Shown here piece after piece: positions 11,093 to 22,594 of a DNA stretch of 34,485 nucleotides. The notes under the pieces are model-generated. The model was not told the DNA's origin, did no database searches, and was given only the letters and a program-made list of their open reading frames with translations. Source of the DNA: Dimargaris cristalligena. Its lineage: Eukaryota. Position numbers and translations under genes: made by a program. The stretch is taken from contig ML002390.1 of NCBI GenBank assembly GCA_003614675.1, forward strand, positions 1 to 34,485, in the 5' to 3' direction. Each line of letters begins with the position of its first letter. Position 1 is the first letter of the stretch.

Positions 11093-14000
11093 AAGGTCTC
11101 TCTCGCGGGGTCCGCACATCTGCAATTCTCCGTCCCCTGCCTGCAGTGCTCGGGTTTTTAGCCAACCTTGACATAAAAATAGTGCACGAAGCAGGCCGGT
11201 CGAGTGCCCATCCGCCAAGGACGTACAAGGCAGCGAGAAAAGAAAGGACAGGATGGATGGAAATAACGAACGAGTAAGATGAGATGAGAGAATAAGAGCA
11301 ATGCCCGGCAGGAGGCCGGGGTGACGAGGCTCAATGGATAGATGGGAGGTCCAGGAGCAAGACTATTGTCTAATCATTAATTGTTGGCCTGGCTGCATTC
11401 GTCAGTTATTAATAACCCTTGGGCTATTGTTGTGCATCCACCGCCTGTCTATCCGACATTTCTATTTTTGCTTGCCAGTTGGAAATGATGGCCAATAAAA
11501 TGGGCCACCCATTCCAAAAACCCAAGCCGCATCATGATGGAAGTAGATGTGCGCACGCCCGGAATGCAGCAAATAAGCACCACCACGAACATGGTCAACC
11601 GACGGAGTGCGAAGTGTAGGAGGAATTGGAGGAGGAGGAGGGGCGGAGGATTGCTCAAAGTTGCTATCATTAATACCCTTCGGATTATACCTGCCACGAA
11701 GGGCTAACAAGCAAGGGAAAAATCAGGTGGCTGCATCTAGGATCCGTATTATAATAGTTTGCGAAGGATGGGCCGTCGAGTACCGAACAATAGTAGTAAA
11801 TCCATGCTGCTGCAGCAACGGCAACATCAGCCGCTGCCGCCGCCGCTGAAGAAGGAGGGAAACGGGAGGGTAAAAATACATACAAACACCCCCGGTGCCT
11901 CACTCATAATTATATCTAAGTCATCGAACCGAAAATATATATTAACGAGTGAGAGACCACAGGGCGGATCGCTTCCATTTCGAAGGGAAAGACTAGACCC
12001 GAAATAGATTGATTGATTTCTGGCGGACGGGAAAAAATAGGTGAGTTCGAGGCCAAAGGAAGGGGATTTGGCGAATCAAACCCATCGTTGGGAAGGCGGT
12101 TTCGGAGAATAAAAATAACCCGAACAATGGTGACGAACAAAAGACCCAAGGTGTGCGGGTCGATCAATAATTATTGGGCGAATGGTGGAATGGCGCTCCT
12201 CCTCGATAGCCAATTACCTGGCCCCGTTGACACTCCGTTTTATTTTTATACATTCCCCCTCCTACATGATGATAGTAGTGGGCGGAGTGAATCTTTTCTT
12301 CCCTCTCCTCTAGTCCAATTAGTAATACTAAACAATTGTCACATAAAAAAATGCTGCTGATTTCAAGTCCAAAATACCTACATATAACTAAGCCAGGTAA
12401 CTGGCTGGGAGGGGAGTGGTCGGATGGATGAGAGTGAGTAGAGTTGGACTATGGCGGAGGATGGACAGTGGGCCAGGTTAGTTGGCTGACTCCCAAATAG
12501 CCGACGAGGAGGTGACGTACTTTATGGGATCAAACGGGTTGACAGGGGGTTGTTATAGGACCCCTATAAATAACCCGACAAAAGGGAAATGCTCCGCGTG
12601 CCTCGAAGGTCAATATTGGGGTGAGACGTCGTCCCCAGCTGTTCCCTCGAACTAACGGAGAAATAAATAAATGAAAATAACAATCGCTTTGGCTGCAGAT
12701 GCGGACGCCATCTTCACCACGTTCCGAATCGTCCTTATAGGTATATTGGTCACTTCGATTTTTTTCTCATCCAGTACTGTGGTTATTATGAAGGAAAAAC
12801 AACAGCGTACCGCCCGCGCCATCGTCCTCAAATTAAGGAATATATTATGTAACGATTATTAATATTTTTCTGGTAGTGGGTAAAAGGAGGATAAATCGCT
12901 ACTGGATATTGGAGGAGTTGCATGTCCAATATTTCAGCATAGTCGATCAAATAAATGAGATATCCTCATGCTAATTCGATATTTCCCCCCTCTTTATACG
13001 GCCCAGTCGAAGTATGAATGGTTCTCGCCCCCCCTGGTAATTATCAGGGATTTCCCCCTGCTGCCCATCTGAAGCAGCAGCTCCATATGAAGAACACCAC
13101 GAGCAGAGTATGGTGAATCGAACCTACACTGTTGTGATCAACCTTCGGTTTATTCATCACGCTAGCAGACTTAAAGAAGCACCCACAGAGAGGAGTGTGC
13201 CCAGGCTATACTGACGAGGGCGAGGTTTTTTTTGTCTCGAGTTTCCATCCAGTTACCGAGACCTGCTTTCGCATCATCCTGCCGGATAATCTTTCGCATG
13301 CCTTCCGATAACTTCCAGTGCTTCATTGCAATTAACTATCATTTACGAAAGCATACAGTAGACAGTTCGTTGGTCACGTAGTGGGAGTTATATATTTATT
13401 ATATATAGAAAACTGATATTAGACATCGCATTGGACAATACCGGCCGAGCACCCCGCCTTAACTTCACCTACTTGGGCATTGCACCGCGCTCCAGGGAAA
13501 ACGGCTCAGCCATCCCCTATTATCTATTCTTCATCCACTTCTAGGTTTCCCAGCGGGGTACAGCTTGTAACTGGCGGCGGTTGCTGGTACACCTCACACA
13601 TTACCGACAGTATGCACTGAGAGGCAGGAGGTACAGCCCTCTGAAAAGTGTCATACATCCACGTTCGCTCATGCACTCTCGTTCGTAGATGTTGTGAAGA
13701 AGAAATTCGCATGGCTCACCGTCGGATCGCCACAGAATGTATGGTCAAAACATAGTGAACACTAAAAAATAAAAAGTAATAATAAAATAAAGGATGCCGG
13801 GGGGGGGGAGAGGGAAGAGATAGATAGAAGCAGGGGGGCTCGGGATAAGATTCGAAGGATTATTAGCGAAACTTTCATTCTATATTTCCCTTATGATTTA
13901 CCTACCCCAACATACACACACACACGCCAAAGGGTTTCATTAAACCCGCCAAGAAAGCAGGCATTGAATTACTTTGCCTCCCTGCAGCAATAAGCTGGTA

Positions 14001-16436
14001 AGGGGGCAGGGCGGGAAGATGGGTGACGAGGCCAGTATTGCATTGCTTACTGTCCCTGAACCTCAGCGGTACTAGATTAGTAAAGTGCAACGGAAAGCCA
14101 TCGGTAGGGCATGGTTTCCCTTCCCTTCCCTTTCGCCTTCCGCTCGTTTTATATCCAGTGGTCGAGAGGAAGCGCTCCTCCGGGATCGAGAGGGGAGACT
14201 ATTCCGGCACACACCAACGGGCTAGATGCTGGGCCATTCTGTAGGGGGTTCGTATCGGGCCAGTGACTATCACGGGTCCTCGCCCCTGGCTATATATTTT
14301 TTTCATCTGTTTTGGTTCCGAGTCGGGTATATTGGGGTTCGGGTAGTCTGGTGAAGGTACCATCGATGGAATAATCTCAATGATAAGAGACTGGGGCCAA
14401 GGTTGGGTATATTCGAAAAATTAACCCTTCGGCAGCAAGTCTCCTTGACTTGGGCCATTAATAGACATGACTAAGCGCTGTCCCCCCTCCATGAGTGGTG
14501 TTGGTTGAAAATTTCTCCCATAGCCGTTCGAACCTTTGGGGTCCTCATTCATTCAGGTGGGCGTCATTTACATTAAAGGGTATACACCCCTCCTCCCTCC
14601 CGACCCATTTCCTTCCGCACTCCCCTTTTTATTTCTCAATTACTGACTTATTCACTCGTTAATACTTAATACTACTTTATATTATCTGCTTACCTGCCTA
14701 GCAGGGGTCAGGGACCTTGCCTTAGCCGGATTTGTTTTTTGTAGTCGACTATCTAACTGAGTGGATTGCTGCACGCTGCTGGTGGGATACTCGCTCTTGG
14801 CGAATATCCATTGATTTAGCCAGGATAGCTCTCCGAAACGTCTCCCCGGCCGACGGAGTGACTGAGTTAGCACAGCCTAGGTCAGGGGGGTTTTTTTTTT
14901 TGGCTGTATTTGTCTGCGCAACCTCATCATTACCTATGTTACCTCTACTGAAAAGGTTGTACAGCAGAGTGTAAAAAAATAAGTATTTCACCGCCAGGCT
15001 GCTTCAAAAATTATGAAATTATGTTTGGTCATGTCTAAAAGGGTTGGATCTTGGTCATATGATGGGACTCTCTAAGCGTTGGTGGGTGACCCTGCCCCAT
15101 TCACCCAAGGGCGAATCACCTGTAGTTGGGTGCAAGGGGGAGCGTAGGGGAGAAGAGTATCATGCAACGTAGGCGGGTGGTGGAAGTGATGAATGCATGT
15201 CCATTGGCATCCAGTATAGTGATGGTGAGTTGGGGAGGAGGAGGAGGAGTATTATCCCATCATGGGTCGGATGGGAAGTGCGTGGTGATTTCAGGGTCCT
15301 CTGACGAAATCAAGTCAGCCGTGGGACGGGCAGTCGGAGTTTGAAAAAAAAGTCTCTGGCTATTTTACTATTGCGGAGGCCTACTTGCCGCCAATAAGAC
15401 CCTGGTGGGCGTTAGGGGGTGAGGGTCGGGGATGAATACAACCACTGTCACTATATACATACACATCCGCCTAGGGGGTATACTGAAGTGTCAAAAGTTT
15501 AATAAGCATACGCAAGTGAATAAAGAGATATCATCCACAGGGGATATACGTGGTCTATTTGATGCCATGTCGAGTATGGGAGACCGTGGTGGTGTAAATA
15601 GTGGGGTATATGAGGGGGGAGGGTATGGCGGGAAGCTGAAAACGCAAATATGGTTGAGTAGTCACGAAGGTTCAATAATATTCCTGACCCTTAAGCCTTT
15701 CAGTGGCCGTAAACGGGCAATAGGGCCCGAGGTGGTCAATTAACCTCCCCGATACAATCAGAGCGGGGTTGTGGCAGTAAAAGAAGTTCGGAAAAGAAAG
15801 TTCCTGCGAAGAATGATGTGGATTATTTAGACGCCCGCTGATTCATGGGATTGACTAGTATCGTCAGTGCCATCCGTGGTCCGCTCTTTGATAAACAAGC
15901 CAGGCCTTAAAGAGTTGGTGGGAGAAATTACTATAGCAGTAGCAGTATCCAATCACCCACACGAACGTCGGTGGCGTAAATGGACACCTGTGTAATGCGA
16001 TCTCCAATTAAAAGGAGACGGGGGCATCGGCCTACTCCTTTAGCCCACAGTGTTCGCCCCGGCGGAACTGAACCCCCCATACGAAAAGAAGTGGATGTCA
16101 TGGAGGGGGGGAGTAAGTCGGCTTAAACAGGGTCGCCTGTCTGACGACGAACCTCTAGTGCAGGTCAGGGTTAATAATAGATTACCTTTGCATTGGAGGA
16201 TGTGTGGCATGCTTTATTAGCGTACAATGTGTGAGAGGGGGGAGGGTATCTGACCAGTCGAAAAGCATACCAGGTACTGGGCCGGTGGGGGAGTGCTTAT
16301 ACGCAGGAATACTGTGAATTAGGAGAGGTGGGTTCAAAAAAGCAGGTTATGGGGTAATTTCCGTCTATTAGTTTCGGTAAGCACGTGTGTGTCTGTGTAT
16401 AGGGTGGGTGGGGGGAGGGGTAATACACCGCACGGC

Positions 16437-17234
16437 CTATCCGGCGAAATACGGACTGTCCATTTGGACTGGAGCAGGCGGTGGGGGCATATAATCGAGG
16501 TACTCGTGGCCCGGTTGACCGCGACACATCATCTCCACGCGGAACTCGGCCTCCGCCCATAGCCCCGCCCCAATGGCGTTAGTGAACATAAACAACACAT
16601 TAAATAATGGAATCATTTCCAGCGCAAACGCCACGCTGCCAAATGATATATAACTGGATCGATTAAGATACACCCAGTGCCGGGTTTGGTGAAACGACAT
16701 GCCGCGGATTTCAACCAAATAGTGAATCATATAGCCCCAGGACAGCATATAGCCGTTAATAGCGAGCACTATAATACTACCCACAATCACAATGGCGTGA
16801 ATCGGAATCGTTAGAATTAAAATGAGCACTTGGCACAGCCCGAACAGGAGTCCTGCGCTTGCGGCCCGCATGATTGTATTCCGCAGGTGTAATTCCGCCG
16901 GTTTCAATAGGGCATGTTCCAAGCCTCGCAACCGAAGTACGTCGTCGAACAGTAAATCTTGCAATAGGGGCATGAGAATGAGTCCCAAAATCACCACCGC
17001 CAGGGCACTTTCAATGAGCATAAGGATCACCGCCACGGTCCAGGCCAAACCCGCGGGACAGTGGGCCCGAATGAGCGCATGGGCCGTGGGACCAATGAGG
17101 AAACTAAACCCTACGAGCGAGGCGATGGCTATGATGAGCATTACTAACAGGCCGTAGAGGCAGCGACACCATAGTGACGGGTGGGTTAGGAAGAAGAGCA
17201 TGCCCTGAAAAGGAAATGTCCACGGTCTGACCAT
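16437..17234 (-). CDS. EI24/CysZ-like multi-pass membrane protein (fungal Lds/Rrt8-like family), ~265 aa, intronless
   Basis: N-terminal W/Y-x-F-P-F-x-G-x-x-F-F-L-x-H-P-x-L-W pattern (WTFPFQGMLFFLTHPSLW), then QDLLFDDVL, HYLVEIRGM and YISFGSVAFALEMIPLFNVLFMFTNAIGAGLWA, with several hydrophobic helices. These patterns are typical of EI24-domain proteins. First in-frame ATG is 17234. Confidence 0.8.
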   Translation of the reverse strand: MVRPWTFPFQGMLFFLTHPSLWCRCLYGLLVMLIIAIASLVGFSFLIGPTAHALIRAHCPAGLAWTVAVILMLIESALAVVILGLILMPLLQDLLFDDVLRLRGLEHALLKPAELHLRNTIMRAASAGLLFGLCQVLILILTIPIHAIVIVGSIIVLAINGYMLSWGYMIHYLVEIRGMSFHQTRHWVYLNRSSYISFGSVAFALEMIPLFNVLFMFTNAIGAGLWAEAEFRVEMMCRGQPGHEYLDYMPPPPAPVQMDSPYFAG

Positions 17235-18629
17235 CTTTAGGCGTAGCAATATAGGGTTTTCACCACTGCACGCACTGTTTTCTACAGAAACGACCAAAGA
17301 GTAGGAAGGCGGGGTGGGGAGAAAGGAAGCAGAAAGGGCAAAAGTAATAGAAATAGACCGAGGGCGTACAGGAAAAAGACTTAAGGGACTACTTGCAGGT
17401 TGAAATATATATATATATACATATATAATTTCAAAGACATTGGCCCAATAATAGTAAAGCGTTGTGGAGTAGGGGCTTATACTCCAGTTATTAAATACAC
17501 CAAATTGGGTGTGTCCTGTTAACGTGGCCGGCTATGAGGGATATACGTAGCCACCAATAAGGGCCAATAATAAATATAAAAATAATTTACACTCAGTAAC
17601 TTAGGGTGACATTGTCCGTGGATCGTTGTATCCTAGCGATCAATGCCAAGTATTCAACTGTATGGTTTGGTCAACGTACTTTACTTGGGGTTGGGGAATA
17701 TACTACGCTGATTAATTCACCAAGCTTAGCCGTATAAAGGAGTCGCAAAGGAACTCTGAGTTGATCAGTGGTGGGTGGACTTTACATTAATGAAGGCAGC
17801 TGTAGAATGGCCCAAATTCACCTCAAATGCACCACCATGTACAGTGTCTGTGGCTTTCATTGCCGGACGATTAGGTGTGTCACCCTCCGACGCCATCCGG
17901 TCGAGTAAGTTGGCTAGAGTAGGACACAAGCCTCCCTCCCTATGGAGGAAAACAAACTAGAGAAGGGTGTATACGAATATCCGACTAAAAGAAAGGGAAG
18001 TATATACTAATATTCAGTGAGACCAGCCGATGGTCCCGATACGATTTCGGAATATTCATGATGGAAACTGATAGGCTAAACGTAGACTTTATCCTCCGCT
18101 GCCCTTATTGTCAAGCCCGTGCCTAATTGTTGTTCCTCTTTCCGGTCGCCGGGTTCATGGGAATGGGCGATTATATTTTTATATTTTTATATACAGAGAG
18201 CTATGTAGCCTTTCCAATGAAGTAAAGCCCAGCGAACGTTCCCGCCAAGCATTCATTCATTGTTAATTGAAAGTCCCCTAGCTTAAATTGGGAGTGCTCT
18301 ACAATGAACAATAAGATGAACCATCATAAATAAAATAATCTGAGAAAGATAGAGAGACGAACGGAAAATTTACATGTGCTCTCTAATCCTGTAGGTATCT
18401 AGAGCTAGCATGCTATACCATAATGCAAACAGCAAGTTAAACCAATATAGAAAAATCCTCATGCGACTGTGGTATGTATAAGGTCACATTGTCGTAAAAA
18501 TAGAGCCATATCGCGGGTCGGCATCCCCAGAACTACTGAAGAAATTTATGTGCTAGCCAGTCATTAAACGCCAAAATAATAATAGTAATAATAATAAAAT
18601 AAAAAACACTGTTCCGTGAAACCGGTAGA

Positions 18630-19739
18630 TTAATTCAAGCGACAGAGGGCCGACACCGGTTTACGAGTTACCGTTTCGCTCCCTATATCTACTCCCCCGA
18701 GCGACCGCTGACTCCCACTAGGGCCAAAAGCGTGCCGGGCCAGCGTATTAGCGGCATCCGCCAACCCCGCGGCGTTATCCATTAGACCATCCCAGGTCCA
18801 TTTAGTGCTCGTTCCGCCTTCGCTAGCCTCCGGGGATGACATTCCCGGGGCCATTGCCGTTGCGGTCGTCGACCGGGACGAAGCCATCGAATGTGAAGTC
18901 GACGCCGATGTACCCCCAGATGTTCCTGAGCCACTAGTATGATTCGACGACTCTACCTCCCCCGCGGTAGTAGTAGTAGTAGTATCCGTCGACTGCCGTT
19001 TCTGCCCCGCCCGGGCCCGTTCGGCATCACTGGGGGGTCTACCAAAGACACACTGCGACACCGGCACAATATCCAGACCCCGGTCCTGGGCCAGGTCAAT
19101 CTGCTTCTGGAGGGTACCGATACTACTATAATACGTATCGTGTTGCAGGACAATAGCGCCCCGGCTTTGGGGGTCAATGGCCTTGATAATATTATCCAAG
19201 TCCTTTTCGACTTCGGCACTGGCCGCGGACCCATCCCCTATATCGACGGCGTAGCGCCAGTCGTTGGAATCGTCGGACCACTGAATGGGTTGTAAGTCCA
19301 ACTCGGCCGCGACCGCGAGGGCGGTATCGCTGTAACTGCCAAAGGGGAATCGCATTAGGCGGGGGGTGGGGCAACCGGCCGCCACAATGGCGTCGGACGT
19401 CCGTTGGAGCTGGTCCCGAATGCCCGCGCTGTCGAGCGTGGCCAGGTCGGGATGATCCCAGGTGTGAATGCCCATATCGTGGCCCGCCTTACAAATGGCC
19501 CGGGTCAGTTCGGGGTATTGGGCAACCTTGTAACCCAGCGCAAAGAAGGTGGCGCGTAGTCCGGCGTCCGCGAGCGCTTGGGACACCTGGGGCGTTACGT
19601 TGGGTTCGGGTCCATCATCGAAAGTCATGGCGTATTGGCCGACCGGGCAGCTATAGTGTAGGGCCCGGGTTAGGCCAAAGTGGGCGAGGACTAGGGGCAG
19701 CACCGCCAAACGAACCATCGTGGGTCGAGTTAGAATCAT
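18630..19739 (-). CDS. Secreted chitin deacetylase / polysaccharide deacetylase (CE4, NodB domain) with Ser/Thr-rich C-terminal tail, ~369 aa (alternative start 19718)
   Basis: Signal peptide (MVRLAVLPLVLAHFGLTRA) and all five CE4 motifs: TFDDGP, HTWDHPDL, RFPFG, DSNDW, IVLQHD. Flanking Cys (YSCP...SQCV) are typical of fungal CDAs. Confidence 0.95.
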   Translation of the reverse strand: MILTRPTMVRLAVLPLVLAHFGLTRALHYSCPVGQYAMTFDDGPEPNVTPQVSQALADAGLRATFFALGYKVAQYPELTRAICKAGHDMGIHTWDHPDLATLDSAGIRDQLQRTSDAIVAAGCPTPRLMRFPFGSYSDTALAVAAELDLQPIQWSDDSNDWRYAVDIGDGSAASAEVEKDLDNIIKAIDPQSRGAIVLQHDTYYSSIGTLQKQIDLAQDRGLDIVPVSQCVFGRPPSDAERARAGQKRQSTDTTTTTTAGEVESSNHTSGSGTSGGTSASTSHSMASSRSTTATAMAPGMSSPEASEGGTSTKWTWDGLMDNAAGLADAANTLARHAFGPSGSQRSLGGVDIGSETVTRKPVSALCRLN

Positions 19740-22594
19740 ATTGAATAGAGTACGTCGGCGAGGTGGCCAAAAAAACAACAAAAAGATGCGAAATTTGTAG
19801 AGAGGGGTTTCGGAGCTGGGCTAGGACAGTTGCATTGAGGAGCTAGCAGTACTTTCAAAAACAAAATCGAAGCCGATATATTGGGTAGTGGATAGCGTAT
19901 GTTAAAGCTGCGAGGGTGGGCAAAGTGGATTTTTGATTAAATGATAGAAGTCGCCACACGTTTAGAGGAACAGACTGGCCAGTGATTTATGGCTATGGAT
20001 AGTAGATAACTAAAAACGAATAGGTTCTGTAGGCTTAAGAGCCAGCGGTCGATAGTCATAGGAATATAAGGTGTCAAGAGATAATGATTGTCAATGTGAA
20101 GAAATATGCTACGCTTATATACCCGTAGGTCAAGCTATATCGACGGGGAAGGAGTAGTAGCGATACACGTTTTTTTTATATATACAGCAGTAGAAGAACG
20201 TGTTTTACAGTATTGTAGCTTATAGGCCTAGTCTAGCTAAATTGACCGAAGTGGCTAAATCAAGGCCCAATGTATACAGATGTAACATTTTCGGGCGGGA
20301 GAAGGCAAGCGGGTGTAAGCGACGTGAGATGTACGAAGGCTGGACGACCGGTGCGCAGTAATAGGGGAACGGAACACACGCGCGTTTAACACTTGCCGCC
20401 TAGCCAGCCGGCCGCGCACCACTCGAACGTACTACCCTTGTCTACCGGTATAGGTGTCACTGGGCGTGGCTAGGTAGGGGTGGTCTCTGGCCACAGCAGT
20501 AGCCGGTGTACTACCCACCGCCCAACTAGGTCTAGCGTGGCCACCCAGTCTGTCAACGGTACCATTTCCCTGCTAAGGCCCTTAGTGGCCGGTTGCACTG
20601 TAGGACCTATTCGGCCGGTGAAGGGAAACATGGGAGAAGGATATGGAGGGGTCAGACGATTACCCACCCGTATAATAGTTTAGGCGGCCGTTGCTGTTCG
20701 CAGTCGTTTTTTTTTTGGAACATGTACTACGTTTAGCCGGACGTTGGGGAGCAGTAGTGTCTGTGGGTATGTATTTAACGTGGCGCCAATCCAAAGGCGA
20801 AAGATATGCAGGCTCTCTGATAGTACGACGTTGGTGTAGCGTTGGAGGGGGTGCTTTTTTATATATAGATAATTCAAAATTATTATACCGCCTGAATAAA
20901 TTGGCCATTTGAATAATGGGAATCCGGCTTGTACTGTAGACCATAATCGATCAGCCCGCGCCGAAAGAATAGTGGTCGTGGCGGACAAGGTCAGGGCAGG
21001 ATAGACAGCACAGGCTGTGTTGTTGTTCTCGTTCTTTCTCCGTTTTCCTTCTAAAGAGCTTTTGGAAGGGTGGTCTTCGATAAGTAACACCAGTATTACG
21101 GCATGGCGAACACAGGTATCACCATGTACCACGACCATGCATTTTTCCCATCGTCGCACAGGTTGGCCTAAAATATACAAAAAATCTCCCACCGGCGTCA
21201 ATGCCCATGTATGCCGTCGGGGACCTCATATATTGGGTGTATTTCCAAGCGCATTATAGGAGGAATTGGTTATGAAGGATTAAACTGAAATAAGCCTGCT
21301 GGAGATTGGGGTATCGAGAAACATATAGTTACCAGCCGTTGATTATAAAACAATCGATAGTTTATAAAGGGCGGTATGGGCTAGATGCGTGAAATGATAT
21401 GAATTATCTTTCGAGTTTAGGCTGTGGGTGGCGGGGGCGCTTTCTCAAGGGATGATAGGTGGGTGAGGTGTCGTTGAAGAAGTAACGAATATCGAGGTAC
21501 CAACTACCACTCGCTTAAAGTATCCCGTCGAAAAGAGTATTACTATACCTCATCATTATTTTAATTACTAATAGTAATCAACCAGTCCAGATTGCTTTAA
21601 GTGAGACTTATTGTGGTCCAATGTTTAACAAACCCTGAGTGATATTGTAAGAGCAAGTCCAAGACAATACCAAAATAGTCGTTGTCCAGAAATAATACAC
21701 TACACCGACGCCCTATGGCAAGTGCGAGGTGTGTCTTATAAAGTAAAACCTGAAATAGGTAGTTGGGTAATATAAATATCGCGGCAGCCAATCGAAATGG
21801 TGCATAAACACTATGCGGAATGATTAGGTTATTCTAAGCTGGACCTCGTATAGCCTCACCGACTAGTACACCCGTCTTCAATATACATACGGGGGCAGAA
21901 ATTCCAATCATATTTAAAATTTTTATGCCTAATATTGGAGATACTTAAAGCCGATGCCTCTTAGGCTGCAGTGCTATATTGTCCGCCTTACTAACAGGTT
22001 GCGGGAAGTCAATGGCTAATTGGGGTCTAATCACTCTCCAACTCCTCGTCTCCCGGCTACCCCATCTATTTAATATATATCCCGGTGTATTCTTCCTTGG
22101 CCTAGGCTATCCTAGCGTTAACTAAGGTGTTGGCCTAAGCCATCAGGGTAATGCTAATCCAATATCTAGTGAAGGAACTGCTATCTTTATGGCCCACCCA
22201 ATAGTTACTTTACTCTCTTTACATCCCAGCCGTCCGAAATGCAGTAGCGTATATCAACGTATCCCGGTGCTGTCCCCTCCACGCACTAGCTTAATAGACA
22301 TAATAACACCCCCAATTATTACTCAGGTCCCCCCTGCTCTAACAAATAGTGTCCCGTATCCTGTATCTGACGAATTGAAGTGTCTTAAATTTTATGGTGG
22401 ATAATTTATACGGCTATTAAGTAATGATTGTTGATATTGGTCGAAGTAAAAGACATCTCAATCACCTGTATTTATAGTACGATAACCTAACCTCGAGAAG
22501 TATAGGGTATTAATGGCCGGATTCCTAGCTCCAACAGGTAACCTTCGGTATGGTTTGTGTATTCGGCGATGAATGCTCTTGTTCCAGGAGAGTC

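Noticed and set aside
13211-13240. CTGACGA hammerhead-like core (also at 15301 and 16141)
   Set aside because: No stem II followed by GAAA and no matching stems I/III.
14686-14890. CTTACCTG followed by GC-rich sequence and a T-run, resembling U1 snRNA or a Pol III RNA
   Set aside because: It lacks the U1 loop I (GAUCACGAAG) and loop II (AUUGCACU) motifs and a correctly placed Sm site. It is better read as a possible antisense splice donor or chance.
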